From an uncultured Gammaproteobacteria bacterium (GTDB lineage: Bacteria > Pseudomonadota > Gammaproteobacteria > UBA9214), in the NCBI GenBank assembly GCA_963773065.1, contig CAVYZN010000006.1, positions 160,001-224,000 on the forward strand: a stretch of DNA of 64,000 nt. The letters are read 5' to 3'. Positions 41,901 through 51,227 of the stretch are shown piece by piece; positions within the stretch are counted from its first letter, which is position 1; every line of letters starts with the position of its first letter. Both the position numbers and the translations under genes were made by a program. The notes beneath the pieces were generated by a model. It saw only the letters and a program-made list of their open reading frames with translations. It had not been told where the DNA came from and did no database searches.

Positions 41901-44831
41901 GTGAACGATAGCATCGCTCTGGAAGCGCGGATCCGCACCCTGGGCACTGCGCCTGCTGGAAACGGCCGCGCGGAACGTCCCGGCTGCCCGTCATGCCTGG
42001 CTGGATCGACTGATTCTGCGCGCCATCGGCGATCCCGGCTTCCGCGTGCAGACGCTGCGGTTCATCGATGTCCTGCCGACCCTGCGCGACGATGCGGAGC
42101 TGGTGCGGCACCTCAAGGACTATTTCACCGGACTGGAACTGCCCTGGCCGGAGGTGAGTGCATGGAGCCTGCGACACAGCGATGCTCCCTGGGCGCTGCA
42201 CATCGCCGCGCCGCTGCTGCGCGCCACCCTGCGCGCCCTGTCGCGGCGCTTCATGGGCGGGAGCGACATCCGCCAGGCGCGGCACACCATCGAGAGGCTG
42301 CGCCGCCGGGGCATGGGCTACACCCTGGATCTCCTCGGCGAGGCGGTCGTGAGCGAAGCGGAGGCGCAGCGCTACCAGCAGGCCTGCCTCGCGCTGCTGC
42401 AGGGACTGCCGCCGCGCGGCGATGCGGCGAGTGAAACCCACCGGCCGCAGATCTCCGTGAAGCTCACCGCGCTGTATTCGCAGTTGAGCCCGCTCGACCC
42501 CGAGGGCGGCGTGGCGGCCATCGCCGCGCGGTTGCGCCCGCTCCTTCGCGCGGCGCGCGCGCATCACGCCGGCGTGACCATCGACATGGAGCAGTACGAT
42601 TTCAAGCCTATCGTGTGGCAGTGTTTCATGACGGTGCTGATGGAGCCGGAATTCCGCGACTGGCCCGACGCGGGCATCGCCGTGCAGGCCTACCTGCGGG
42701 ACGCCCGCGATGACCTGCGGCAATTGATCGACTGGGCCGAACGGCGCGGCGCGCCGGTGCAGATCCGCCTGGTGCGCGGGGCGTACTGGGACTATGAGAC
42801 GGTGATCGCCCGGCAGCACGGCTGGCCGGTGCCGGTGTGGGAGGACAAGGCGCAGACCGATGCGTGCTTCGAGGATTGCCTGGAAACGCTATTTGCCAAT
42901 CCGCAGGTCGTGCAGGCGGCGGTGGCCAGCCACAACGTGCGCAGCCTCGCCTGCGCCATGGCGCTGGCGGAGCAGCCGGCGACTGCCGGCGGAGCGCTTC
43001 GAGTTCCAGATGCTCTACGGCATGGCGGATGAACTCAAGCAGGCGCTGGTTCAACTAGGCTATCGCCTGCGCGTCTATGTGCCCTTCGGCGAGACCCTGC
43101 CCGGCATGGCCTACCTGGTGCGCCGCCTGCTGGAAAACAGTTCCGGCCAGAGCATACTCGACAGCGGCATGGCGCCGGCCCGCCTGCAGGAGGCGAGCCT
43201 CGATCGGCCGCAACCCCCGGTCATGGCAAGCGAACCGCCGGAGCCGCGGCGCTTCCACAACCAGGCGGTGCACCGCTTCACCGCGGCCGCCGAGCGCGAG
43301 GCCTTCGCCGCGGCGCTCGTCGCGGTCCGGGAACAACTCGGCCAGGACTATCCGCTCATCATCGGCGGCCAGGCGCTGGCCGGGACCGGTGAGATCGCCT
43401 CCACCAACCCGGCGCGGCCGCAGGAAGTCATCGGGCGCGTGGCAGCGGCCGGCCGCGCGCAGGCCGATGCGGCGCTCGCCGCCGCGCGCGCCGCCTTCCC
43501 CGCCTGGAGCCGGTTGCCGGCGGGCGAACGCGCCGGCTATCTGCGCAAGGTCGCCTCTGCGCTGACCGATGAGCGCGACCAATTCGCGGCCTGGCAGGTG
43601 CTGGAGGCCGGCAAGAACTGGAGCGAGGCCGATGCCGATGTCTGCGAGGCGATCGATTTTCTCAACTACTACGCAGAGCAGGCGGAGCGCCTGGCCGAAG
43701 GTCGCAGTCGTCGCGCTCGCCGGCGAGCACAACCGCCTCGACTGGCGGCCGAAGGGCGTGGGCCTGGTCATCGCGCCCTGGAATTTCCCGCTCGCCATCT
43801 TGACCGGCATGCTGGCGGCGACGCTCGTCACCGGCAACACCGCCATCCTGAAGCCCTCCTCGCTGACGCCGGTCATCGCCGCGCGCTTCATGCGGCTGCT
43901 CGAAGCGGCCGGACTGCCGCCGGGCGTGGTGAATTTCCTGCCCGGTGCGGGCGGCGAGGTCGGCGAGTATCTCGCGGCCAGTCCCGATATCCACCTCATC
44001 GCCTTCACCGGCTCGCGCGCGGTGGGCACGCGGCTGATCGAACTCGGCGCGAAAGTGCATCCCGGCCAGGCGCACATCAAGCGCGTGATCGCGGAAATGG
44101 GCGGCAAGAACGCCATCATCATCGACGCCGATGCCGATCTGGATGCCGCCATCCCGGGCGTGCTGGCCTCCGCCTTCGGCTACCAGGGGCAGAAGTGCAG
44201 CGCGGCCTCGCGCGTGATCGTGGTCGGCGATCTGCACGACGCCTTCCTCGAACGTCTCATCGCGGCGACCCGCAGCCTGACCGTGGGCGATCCCGCGCAA
44301 CCGGGCCATTTCCTGGGGCCGGTGATCGACGCCGTCGCTCAGGAGCGCATCCGCGCGGTCATCGAGGCGGGCGCGCAGCGGGCGCGGCTGGCGCTGTACG
44401 AACCGCAGGCGCTGCCGGATGAGGGTTGCTACGTCGCGCCGGCCATCTTCACCGACGTGGCGCCGAACGATGCGCTGGCGCAGGAGGAGATCTTCGGACC
44501 GGTGCTCGCGCTGCTGCGCGCCGCCGATTTCGAGGAGGCCATCGCGATCGCCAACGCCACGCCCTATGCCCTGACCGGCGGCGTGTATTCGCGCCGGCCC
44601 GCCCACCTGCGGCGCGCCCGCGAGGCCTTCCGCGTCGGCAACCTCTATCTCAACCGCAAGATCACCGGCGCCATCGTCGCGCGCCAGCCCTTCGGCGGCT
44701 TCAAACTGAGCGGCGTCGGCAGCAAGGCGGGCGGCGAGGATTATCTCAAGCAGTTCATGGACCCGGTGTGCGTCACCGAGAACACCCTGCGCCGCGGCTT
44801 CGCGCCCGATGCCGGGGAGCCCGAGCCATGA
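41901..44831 (+). CDS. putA: Bifunctional proline dehydrogenase / P5C dehydrogenase; several frameshifts
   Basis: TLDLLGE, IDMEQY, IRLVRGAYWD, ASHN, FQMLYGM, AYLVRRLLEN, then PWNFP, EMGGKN, GQKCSA, EEIFGP across ORFs 42046.., 42860.. and 43569.. Confidence 0.9.
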
Positions 44832-45393
44832 ACTGGGCCGACTGGCACATCCCGCTCTCGGCGGGTCAACTGACCCTGCGGCAGGGACTGGCGAGCCTCG
44901 CCGAGGTCGGCGCGCGCCAGCAGGAGATTCCGCTCCTCATCCGCCTGATGGAGAATCCGAAATACTCGCTGCCGGGCGTGACGCTGTTTCACGGCGCGGT
45001 CGACCTCAAGGCCCACGACCGCATCCATATCCTGCTCGGCCGCGGGCTGCTGACCGAGGACGAGGCCTTCACCATCGGCTTCACCATGGGCAGCACCAAG
45101 CGCGTGAGCCGCACCGAGGAATGGCTGTTCGGCCTGATCGCCCGCCGCCTCTATCCCGTGCCCTACCGCTTCGATGACAACGCCGTGCGCATCTTCCGCG
45201 ACGCCGTGCACCTCGGCGGAATTGTCCGGCTGCCGGCCGCTCGACCGGCATCGATTTCGACCCCTATCTCGACACCCCGCTGCAGGAGATCCGCGCCGCC
45301 ATCGGCCTGGAGACGGATCTCCTCGCCGCCTATTACCGCATCGAAAAGGCCCGCTACCCGGACTCCGCCGCGTGCCGGCGGCTGCTGGATTGA
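44828..45393 (+). CDS. Hypothetical protein with a Coq4-like HDxxH-x11-E motif; indels near 45220-45250
   Basis: Start overlaps the putA stop (ATGA); HDRIH-ILLGRGLLTED-E. Confidence 0.6.
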
Positions 45394-45483
45394 ACCCGAA
45401 GTATCGCGGGTCGGGTCAACGATGCGTAATTCGACAATGGGGTCATTGCGACGGATTTCGATACCGAAAAATATCGATAGCTG

Positions 45484-45626
45484 CGTTGACAAAACCTCAT
45501 GCCGGGTAAGTCCTTCCGTGACACGCTGTGAATACGTCCCTGTACGCTCGCCGGCCGCATCCCTGCGGCCGACGGTCACTACAGGACTTACCCGGCATGA
45601 GGTCTCTGCGCGTATGAGGTAAAGTT
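45484..45626 (-). repeat. ~143-bp palindromic dispersed repeat (MITE-like), copy 2
   Basis: Reverse complement closely matches 22236-22378; arms CCTCATGCCGGGTAAGTCC / GGACTTACCCGGCATGAGG. Confidence 0.85.
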
Positions 45627-45802
45627 GTCGCCTGCCTTGCAAGCAGCCGGCGCCAAAAACTCTCGGGATAGTTCCACAACGCTATCCTGCAAATTTTCAA
45701 ATCCCTTTGGGCAAGATAATATGAGGCACCGCACCTATCGGAAATGATTGCGTCAGAACGTTTGTTAATACCCATTAGCCGTATGAAAAAAGGAAAGGAA
45801 TC

Positions 45803-46087
45803 TTGAAGACACGGTATTACATCGATCCAGAAACAGAATTGCCGCACATCTACCGGCATAATGTTTCGGAACAGGAAGTTGAGGAGGTATTGGGGCATTC
45901 CGGCGAGGACCGTCCCGGACGTGAAGGATCACGAGTCGCAATCGGGTGCACTTCTGACGGGCGCTACTTGAGAGTAATATATGTACCGGACCCAGACCCG
46001 GATAGCGTTTTTGTCATTACAGCCTACGATCTTCATGGTAAACCACTGATCGCTTATAAGCGCCGTCATCGGAGAAAGAGGAAATGA
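45803..46087 (+). CDS. DUF4258/BrnT-like putative toxin
   Basis: HIYRHNVSEQEVEEVL...GRYLRVIY...FVITAY; ATGA overlap with the next gene. Confidence 0.7.
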   Translation: MKTRYYIDPETELPHIYRHNVSEQEVEEVLGHSGEDRPGREGSRVAIGCTSDGRYLRVIYVPDPDPDSVFVITAYDLHGKPLIAYKRRHRRKRK

Positions 46088-46284
46088 AACAAAGTAAGTT
46101 CCCTCCAGGTTGGAACGAGAAGCGGGTTAAAGAGGTTCTCGCCCATTATGAATCGCAGACCGAGGAAGAAGCCGTAGCAGAGGATGAAGCGGCCTTTGAG
46201 GCTGTTGGCCAAACGGTAATGGAGATTCCTACTGAGCTTGTTCCAAAAGTTCGCGAACTTATCGCGAAGCACAAAGTCGCCTGA
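46084..46284 (+). CDS. Putative antitoxin
   Basis: 66 aa, acidic (FPPGWNEKRV...HYESQTEEEAVAEDE), coupled to the upstream gene. Confidence 0.65.
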   Translation: MKQSKFPPGWNEKRVKEVLAHYESQTEEEAVAEDEAAFEAVGQTVMEIPTELVPKVRELIAKHKVA

Positions 46285-46295
46285 GCTGCGGCGGT

Positions 46296-46357
46296 AAAGG
46301 GGTCGGATACATTTTTGTAGCTGGATATGGATTGTCAAAATTGTATCCGGCCCCTTT
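46296..46357. repeat. Miniature inverted-repeat element, copy 1
   Basis: AAAGGGGTCGGATACATTTT...AAAATTGTATCCGGCCCCTTT; related to 47469-47540. Confidence 0.8.
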
Positions 46358-46395
46358 CCGCGAAAATCGCCGCGCCGGTTATGTGAACGTTATGT
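46358..46395 (+). other. Right half of an integron attC site
   Basis: ...CGCCGGTTATGTGAAC-GTTATGT (R' box); matches CCATAAC at the end of the following cassette in 6 of 7 positions. Confidence 0.6.
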
Positions 46396-46408
46396 TTCAA
46401 AATAAGGA

Positions 46409-46844
46409 ATGAATCGTCGAACTGAGAGGCAGGAATCAGCCCTAGCCAGCGTAGAAACACCGGGCTTGATGATGCAGCATCAAAAGACCCAGGCTTCTCA
46501 TGCCAAGGTAAAGTCGGTGAGTTTATTAGTTTATATTTGAGGTGTGAGCATTTTGCTACGCGTCTACAACACTATTACCAGACAGACAAACAATACAAAC
46601 AGGGAAGCTAAATACGGACAGCTTATCAAAAGCATTCGAACATTTTGGATTTCCTCTCGGTAAAGATAAATTGCTTTCTATTTTCAAAGGTGGGGAAGGT
46701 AAGAGAGGAAAAAAGAGTGCTAAGCAGTTAAGAAATGGTTATCTTCATCAATTATCCGAAGCTGATAGATTGGAAATAATTGAAAAGCATTTAATGCTTA
46801 CAAAAGAGATGAATCGTTTACTAAAGAAGAGGATAAAACCATAA
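46409..46844 (+). pseudogene. AT-rich gene cassette ORF (~145 aa after correcting about two indels), putative HEPN protein
   Basis: AAGGA RBS + ATG at 46409; last frame reads ...SAKQLRNGYLHQLSEADRLE...KKRIKP-stop, with the stop inside the attC R'' box. Confidence 0.5.
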
Positions 46845-46914
46845 CAATGCAAATTCACTCGGACAATTTTCTACGCTGCGCTCCGAGGATCGCCGGTGAT
46901 TTGCGGCGTTAGAG
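46839..46914 (+). other. Complete integron attC site (76 bp)
   Basis: R'' CCATAAC, L'' AAATTCACTCGG, L' CCGGTGATTT, R' GTTAGAG; imperfect palindrome with unpaired bases. Confidence 0.8.
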
Positions 46915-46917
46915 CAC

Positions 46918-47448
46918 ATGGTCTCCGTCGCTATAGAAGGCTACTTGGTGCAGGGCAAGCTTGAGGTAGCCCTGCGCGAAATCGTCGGAAACGACTGCTG
47001 GCGTGGTCGGGAAGTACGACTACCCGTCGGAAGGCGCCGATGGGACATGAGTTACGAAACGAACGGGCAAATTACGGTCGTAGAGTTTGACGGAGACGAG
47101 CATTACCGCAATACGCTCAAGATAAAGGCTGACACAGAAAAGGACCAAATCGCAACCCAGCACGGCTACCGTGTCGTCCGGATTCCCTACTGGGTTCAGC
47201 TCACGACGGACACCTTATGGCACTACTTCAATCTCAACGCGGAAATTCGCCAAGATTTTTCTCATGGCTTCATCGCGACAAAGATATTTCCTGCATCATT
47301 CTGTGAACTCGGTATAGCACGTTTCCAACGTGAGCTAACCTCTCTTCCTGCTGGCGTTCGAACCGCAGTGGTCAATTCACTCCGAGACAGATGCAGAGAG
47401 TATGGGAGTCAGTATGTCTTGCCTTCCAGCCTACAGAATGTGCTCTAA
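46918..47448 (+). CDS. Gene cassette: DUF559/Vsr-like PD-(D/E)XK nuclease
   Basis: RRWDMSYE...VVEFDGDEHY...GYRVVRIPYW; begins just after GTTAGAGC and ends in the complementary GCTCTAAC. Confidence 0.7.
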   Translation: MVSVAIEGYLVQGKLEVALREIVGNDCWRGREVRLPVGRRRWDMSYETNGQITVVEFDGDEHYRNTLKIKADTEKDQIATQHGYRVVRIPYWVQLTTDTLWHYFNLNAEIRQDFSHGFIATKIFPASFCELGIARFQRELTSLPAGVRTAVVNSLRDRCREYGSQYVLPSSLQNVL

Positions 47449-47468
47449 CCTCTCGGTCCGATGCAAAA

Positions 47469-47540
47469 AAAGGGGGCGGATACATTTTTCGGAGGGACGG
47501 TAGCTGGAGATAGATTGTAGAAAATGTATCCGCCCCCTTT
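47469..47540. repeat. Miniature inverted-repeat element, copy 2
   Basis: AAAGGGGGCGGATACATTTT...AAAATGTATCCGCCCCCTTT; core GTAGCTGGA.AT.GATTGT shared with copy 1. Confidence 0.8.
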
Positions 47541-47642
47541 CTTACTGCTCCTGGCAATGTTCGCTTCGGCGCGAAATATAAATCTGTCCTCGTTTGGCTA
47601 TCATACAAGCCATAAAGGGCTTCATAGAGACAGGTGAGAAGC

Positions 47643-47827
47643 ATGTCTACCGCGAATGAGGATTTAAATAAACTGCTCGGAACAGCAACCGGAGGACAGT
47701 CTTATGAGGAACTGATTCGGGAGATGGCGTTTGATGTCATGGTCCGAAAGGTCTGCGGGATTCCGAGGATGGCCGTACAATTTCAAATGAGGAAGATGCA
47801 GCGTCGACATCCGTTCATGCGCACTGA
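47643..47827 (+). pseudogene. Degenerate antitoxin-like gene
   Basis: Across frames reads MSTANEDLNKLL..QQPEDS.YEELIREMAFDVMVRKGLRDSEDGRTISNEE.QRR, resembling antitoxins found upstream of RelE/ParE toxins. Confidence 0.45.
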
Positions 47828-48029
47828 AATAAGACCGGGCGCAATGCGCCATGTCCCTGCAACAGCGGGAGAAAATACAAGCTGTGTTGCGGACGATGAC
47901 CGTCGAATTCCGCGGACAGTGTACCTGTGCCGCTCTCACTGGCGTGTGGTTGTTTCCGGAGTCTTCTGGCCGGGTCAGAGAACAATATTCGCCAATAGTA
48001 GCGTTATTCTGTGCCCGGTTTTCCCGGCC

Positions 48030-49237
48030 TTACTCGTGCCGCAGCGCCTCGATCGGGTCCAGGCGCGCCGCCTGGCGGGCGGGAAAATAGCCGAATACGA
48101 CACCCACCGCGGCCGAGAACGAAAAGGCGAGCAGAATGATGCCCGGCTGGATCAGGAACGGGACGCCCAGCAGATGCACGCCGGCGTCCGCTCCCACCAG
48201 CCCCAGCAGGATGCCGAGCACGCCGCCAACGGAGGAAAGCACAACCGCCTCGACCAGGAACTGCAAACCGACTTCGCGCTTGAGGGCGCCGATGGCGAGC
48301 CGGATGCCGATTTCGCGCGTGCGCTCGGTGACCGAAACGAACATGACGTTCATGATGCCTATGCCGCCGACGATCAGGCTCACGGCGGCGATGGCGCTCA
48401 GCAGGCCGGTCAGAAAGTGCGCGGTCCTGGTCACGGCATCGACGACCTCCCGCATGTCGCGAACCGAAAAGTTATCGGCGCCAGCCGGATTGTGGCGGCG
48501 CTCGCGCAGCAGCCGCGTCATATCCGCCTGGACCTTGGCCGTATCCACACCATCGCGCGCCGAGACAAAAATCTGCGGCACGCCGTTATTGCCCGCGATG
48601 GTGCGATGAAACCAGCGGATCGGTACCAGGATCAGGTCATCCTGGTCCGAACCTCGCTCGATTCGCCCTTGGACACGAGCGTGCCGATAACCTCGCACGA
48701 AAATCCGCCCAGTCGCAAACGCTTGCCCAGGGGGGTGCCGGCCCCGAACAGGTCTTTGCGGACGGTGGCGCCGATGATGCAAATCGCCCGGCCCCCGCGC
48801 TCCTCCGTGTCCGTGAAACCGCGCCCCCTGTCGACTGCCAGGCGCGAACCTTGAGGAAGGACGAGGTGGTTCCCAGCACACTGGTGGTGCGGTTTCTGTC
48901 GCCGCTGATCGCCTGCAGGTTACGCGAGGCCGCGGGGGCGACGGCCGCGATGCCGGGAATCTCGCGCTCCAGTGCCACGCTGTCGGCCAGGCTGAAGGCG
49001 GGCGCGCTCGACTTCAGCCCGTGCATGCCCGTCTGCGACTGTCCGGGCTTGACCAGCAGCAGATTCGTGCCCAGCCTGGGACAGATCCGAAGTCACGCGC
49101 GCGCTGGTGCCGGTGCCGATGATCACCATCGTGATCACCGCCGCCACACCGATCACCACACCGAGCATCGTGAGTCCGGAACGCAAGGGGTTGCGCAGAA
49201 TGGCCTGCAGCGCGAGACGCAGCATATCCCACAGCAT
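48030..49237 (-). CDS. MacB-like ABC transporter permease; several frameshifts
   Basis: RSGLTMLGVVIGVAAVI, VGGIGIMNVMFVSVTERTREIGIRLAIGA, YFPARQAARLDPIEALRHE. Confidence 0.9.
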
Positions 49238-49944
49238 CAGGCGCTCTCCCGGCGCATCTCGCCGTCGAGGCGCCCGTCCTTGAGCCGGATGGTGCGCTCC
49301 GCCCATGCCGCGATGGCGGGATCGTGGGACACCATGGCGATGGTGATACCGCGCTCGCGGTTGAGTTCCCGCAGCAGGCGCATGATTTCCTTGCTGCGCT
49401 CGGTATCGAGGTTGCCGGTGGGCTCGTCGGCAAGCAGCAGCAGCGGCGAGGTGACGATGGCGCGGGCGATGGCGACGCGCTGCTGCTGCCCCCCCGACAA
49501 TTCCGCCGGCGTGTGCGACTCCCACCCCGTGAGGCCGACCGATGCCAGGGCCTCGCCGGCGAGCTTGTGGCGTTCCGGCACCGGCACTCCCCGATAGACC
49601 AGCGGCAGTTCGACGTTTTCCAGCGCGGAGGTCCGGCCGAGCAGGTTGAACCCCTGGAAGACAAAGCCCACATAATGGCGGCGCAGGCGGGCACGCTGAT
49701 CGGGGGTGAGGGCGCCAACGTCCACACCCGCGAAACGGTAGGTGCCCCCGGTCGGCACATCGAGACACCCCAGGATATTCATCGCGGTGGATTTGCCGCA
49801 GCCGCTGGGGCCCATGACCGCGACAAACTCGCCGCACTCGATGCGCACATCGATGCCGCGCAGTGCCTGCACCGCCACGGGACCGAGTCCATAGACCTTG
49901 GTCACGGCATCGAAAGTCACCAGGGAAGGGAGTGCCGCGCTCAC
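49237..49944 (-). CDS. ABC transporter ATP-binding protein (MacB/LolD type)
   Basis: GPSGCGKST, LSGGQQQRVAIARA, ADEPTGNLD. Confidence 0.93.
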   Translation of the reverse strand: MSAALPSLVTFDAVTKVYGLGPVAVQALRGIDVRIECGEFVAVMGPSGCGKSTAMNILGCLDVPTGGTYRFAGVDVGALTPDQRARLRRHYVGFVFQGFNLLGRTSALENVELPLVYRGVPVPERHKLAGEALASVGLTGWESHTPAELSGGQQQRVAIARAIVTSPLLLLADEPTGNLDTERSKEIMRLLRELNRERGITIAMVSHDPAIAAWAERTIRLKDGRLDGEMRRESA

Positions 49945-51227
49945 GAGGGCTTGGTGATGGTGTCGACGATGAGGCTCACGCCGGGCTCGATGCCTTCGCC
50001 ATGGACCTCGGTCCAGGACCCGTCGCTGCGTCCCACCTCCACGTCGACCTGCGCGGGCGGTCCGTCGCGCAGCACCCAGACGTGCGATTGCGATCCCGGT
50101 GTCTGCGCGCGCACTTCCGCGGGAGGCGCCCGGCGGTGTTTGGAAAGAAGGGATTTCAGCAGTCCGCCCGGGCGCGGCTCCTCCTGTACCGGCGGCTCGT
50201 AGCGCAGCGCCGCGTTCGGTACGAGGATGCCGTTGCTGACCTTGCCCACGACGATCACCGCCGTCGCCGTCATGCTGGGACGCAGCAGGCGCTCGCTGTT
50301 GTCGAAGGCGAGCACCGTCTCATAGGTGACGACGCCCTGCAGGGTCTTCGCGCCATAGCGGACCTGCGTGACCTTCGCCGGGAATTTCTTGTCGGGCCAG
50401 GCATCAACCATGAAGCTCGCCTCCTGGCCGGGTTGGACCTGACCGACGTCGGCTTCGTCCACATCGACTATCAACTGCATCCTGGAGAGATCTTCGGCCA
50501 GTGTGAATAATACCGGAGTCGAGGCGGCCACCGTTTGCCTGGGCCACGCCGCACATGTCAACACGATGCCGTTGATCGGCGAAACGATCACCCCCTTGCC
50601 CAGGTCGGTCTGCTGGGTCTCGAGTGTTGTCTTGGCCTGTACGACCGCCGCGCGCGCACTCACCACGGCCGCCTTTGCCCGGAGCACAGCGGTTCGTGCA
50701 TTCGCGTACTCCTGCTTGGAAGGTACCTTTCCGCCGCTCAGCTTGCGCACCTCCTGCAGGCGTGCGAGTTGACTCTCCGCGTCGCTCGCAGAGGCCTTCG
50801 CCTGCTGCACACCCGCCGTCGCCGACTCGAGCGCCGCCTTGGACTGCTGGACCATCGATTCCAGTCGCGACGTATCCAGCCTCGCCAGCACCTGCCCGGC
50901 GTGTACCACGTCATTGCAACCGGCATCAACACTGCGTATCGTGCCCGGGATTTCGCTAACGATGTCGACCTGATTGGTCGGGAATATCGTCCCGGTGGCC
51001 GTCACGGTGACGGAAAGATCGCCACGCCGGGCGTTTTCCGTCACGTAATGCACCTCTGGGTCTTCCCCGCAACCGGGAGAATCCCGATGACCGCGAATAC
51101 CGCCAGCACCACGGCAGCGACCCAGATCGCGGGTCTGCGGAGACCGGCGATCCGGCCGGGTCTCATCCGCTCCCAGCACCTGCCTTATGCCGGCCAGTTG
51201 CGCCCACTCTTTACGGACTTCGTTCAT
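49941..51227 (-). CDS. Periplasmic adaptor (MacA-like)
   Basis: VTATGTI, GQVLARLD, SPINGIV, VDVDEADVG, LLRPSMTA. Confidence 0.9.
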   Translation of the reverse strand: MNEVRKEWAQLAGIRQVLGADETRPDRRSPQTRDLGRCRGAGGIRGHRDSPGCGEDPEVHYVTENARRGDLSVTVTATGTIFPTNQVDIVSEIPGTIRSVDAGCNDVVHAGQVLARLDTSRLESMVQQSKAALESATAGVQQAKASASDAESQLARLQEVRKLSGGKVPSKQEYANARTAVLRAKAAVVSARAAVVQAKTTLETQQTDLGKGVIVSPINGIVLTCAAWPRQTVAASTPVLFTLAEDLSRMQLIVDVDEADVGQVQPGQEASFMVDAWPDKKFPAKVTQVRYGAKTLQGVVTYETVLAFDNSERLLRPSMTATAVIVVGKVSNGILVPNAALRYEPPVQEEPRPGGLLKSLLSKHRRAPPAEVRAQTPGSQSHVWVLRDGPPAQVDVEVGRSDGSWTEVHGEGIEPGVSLIVDTITKPS

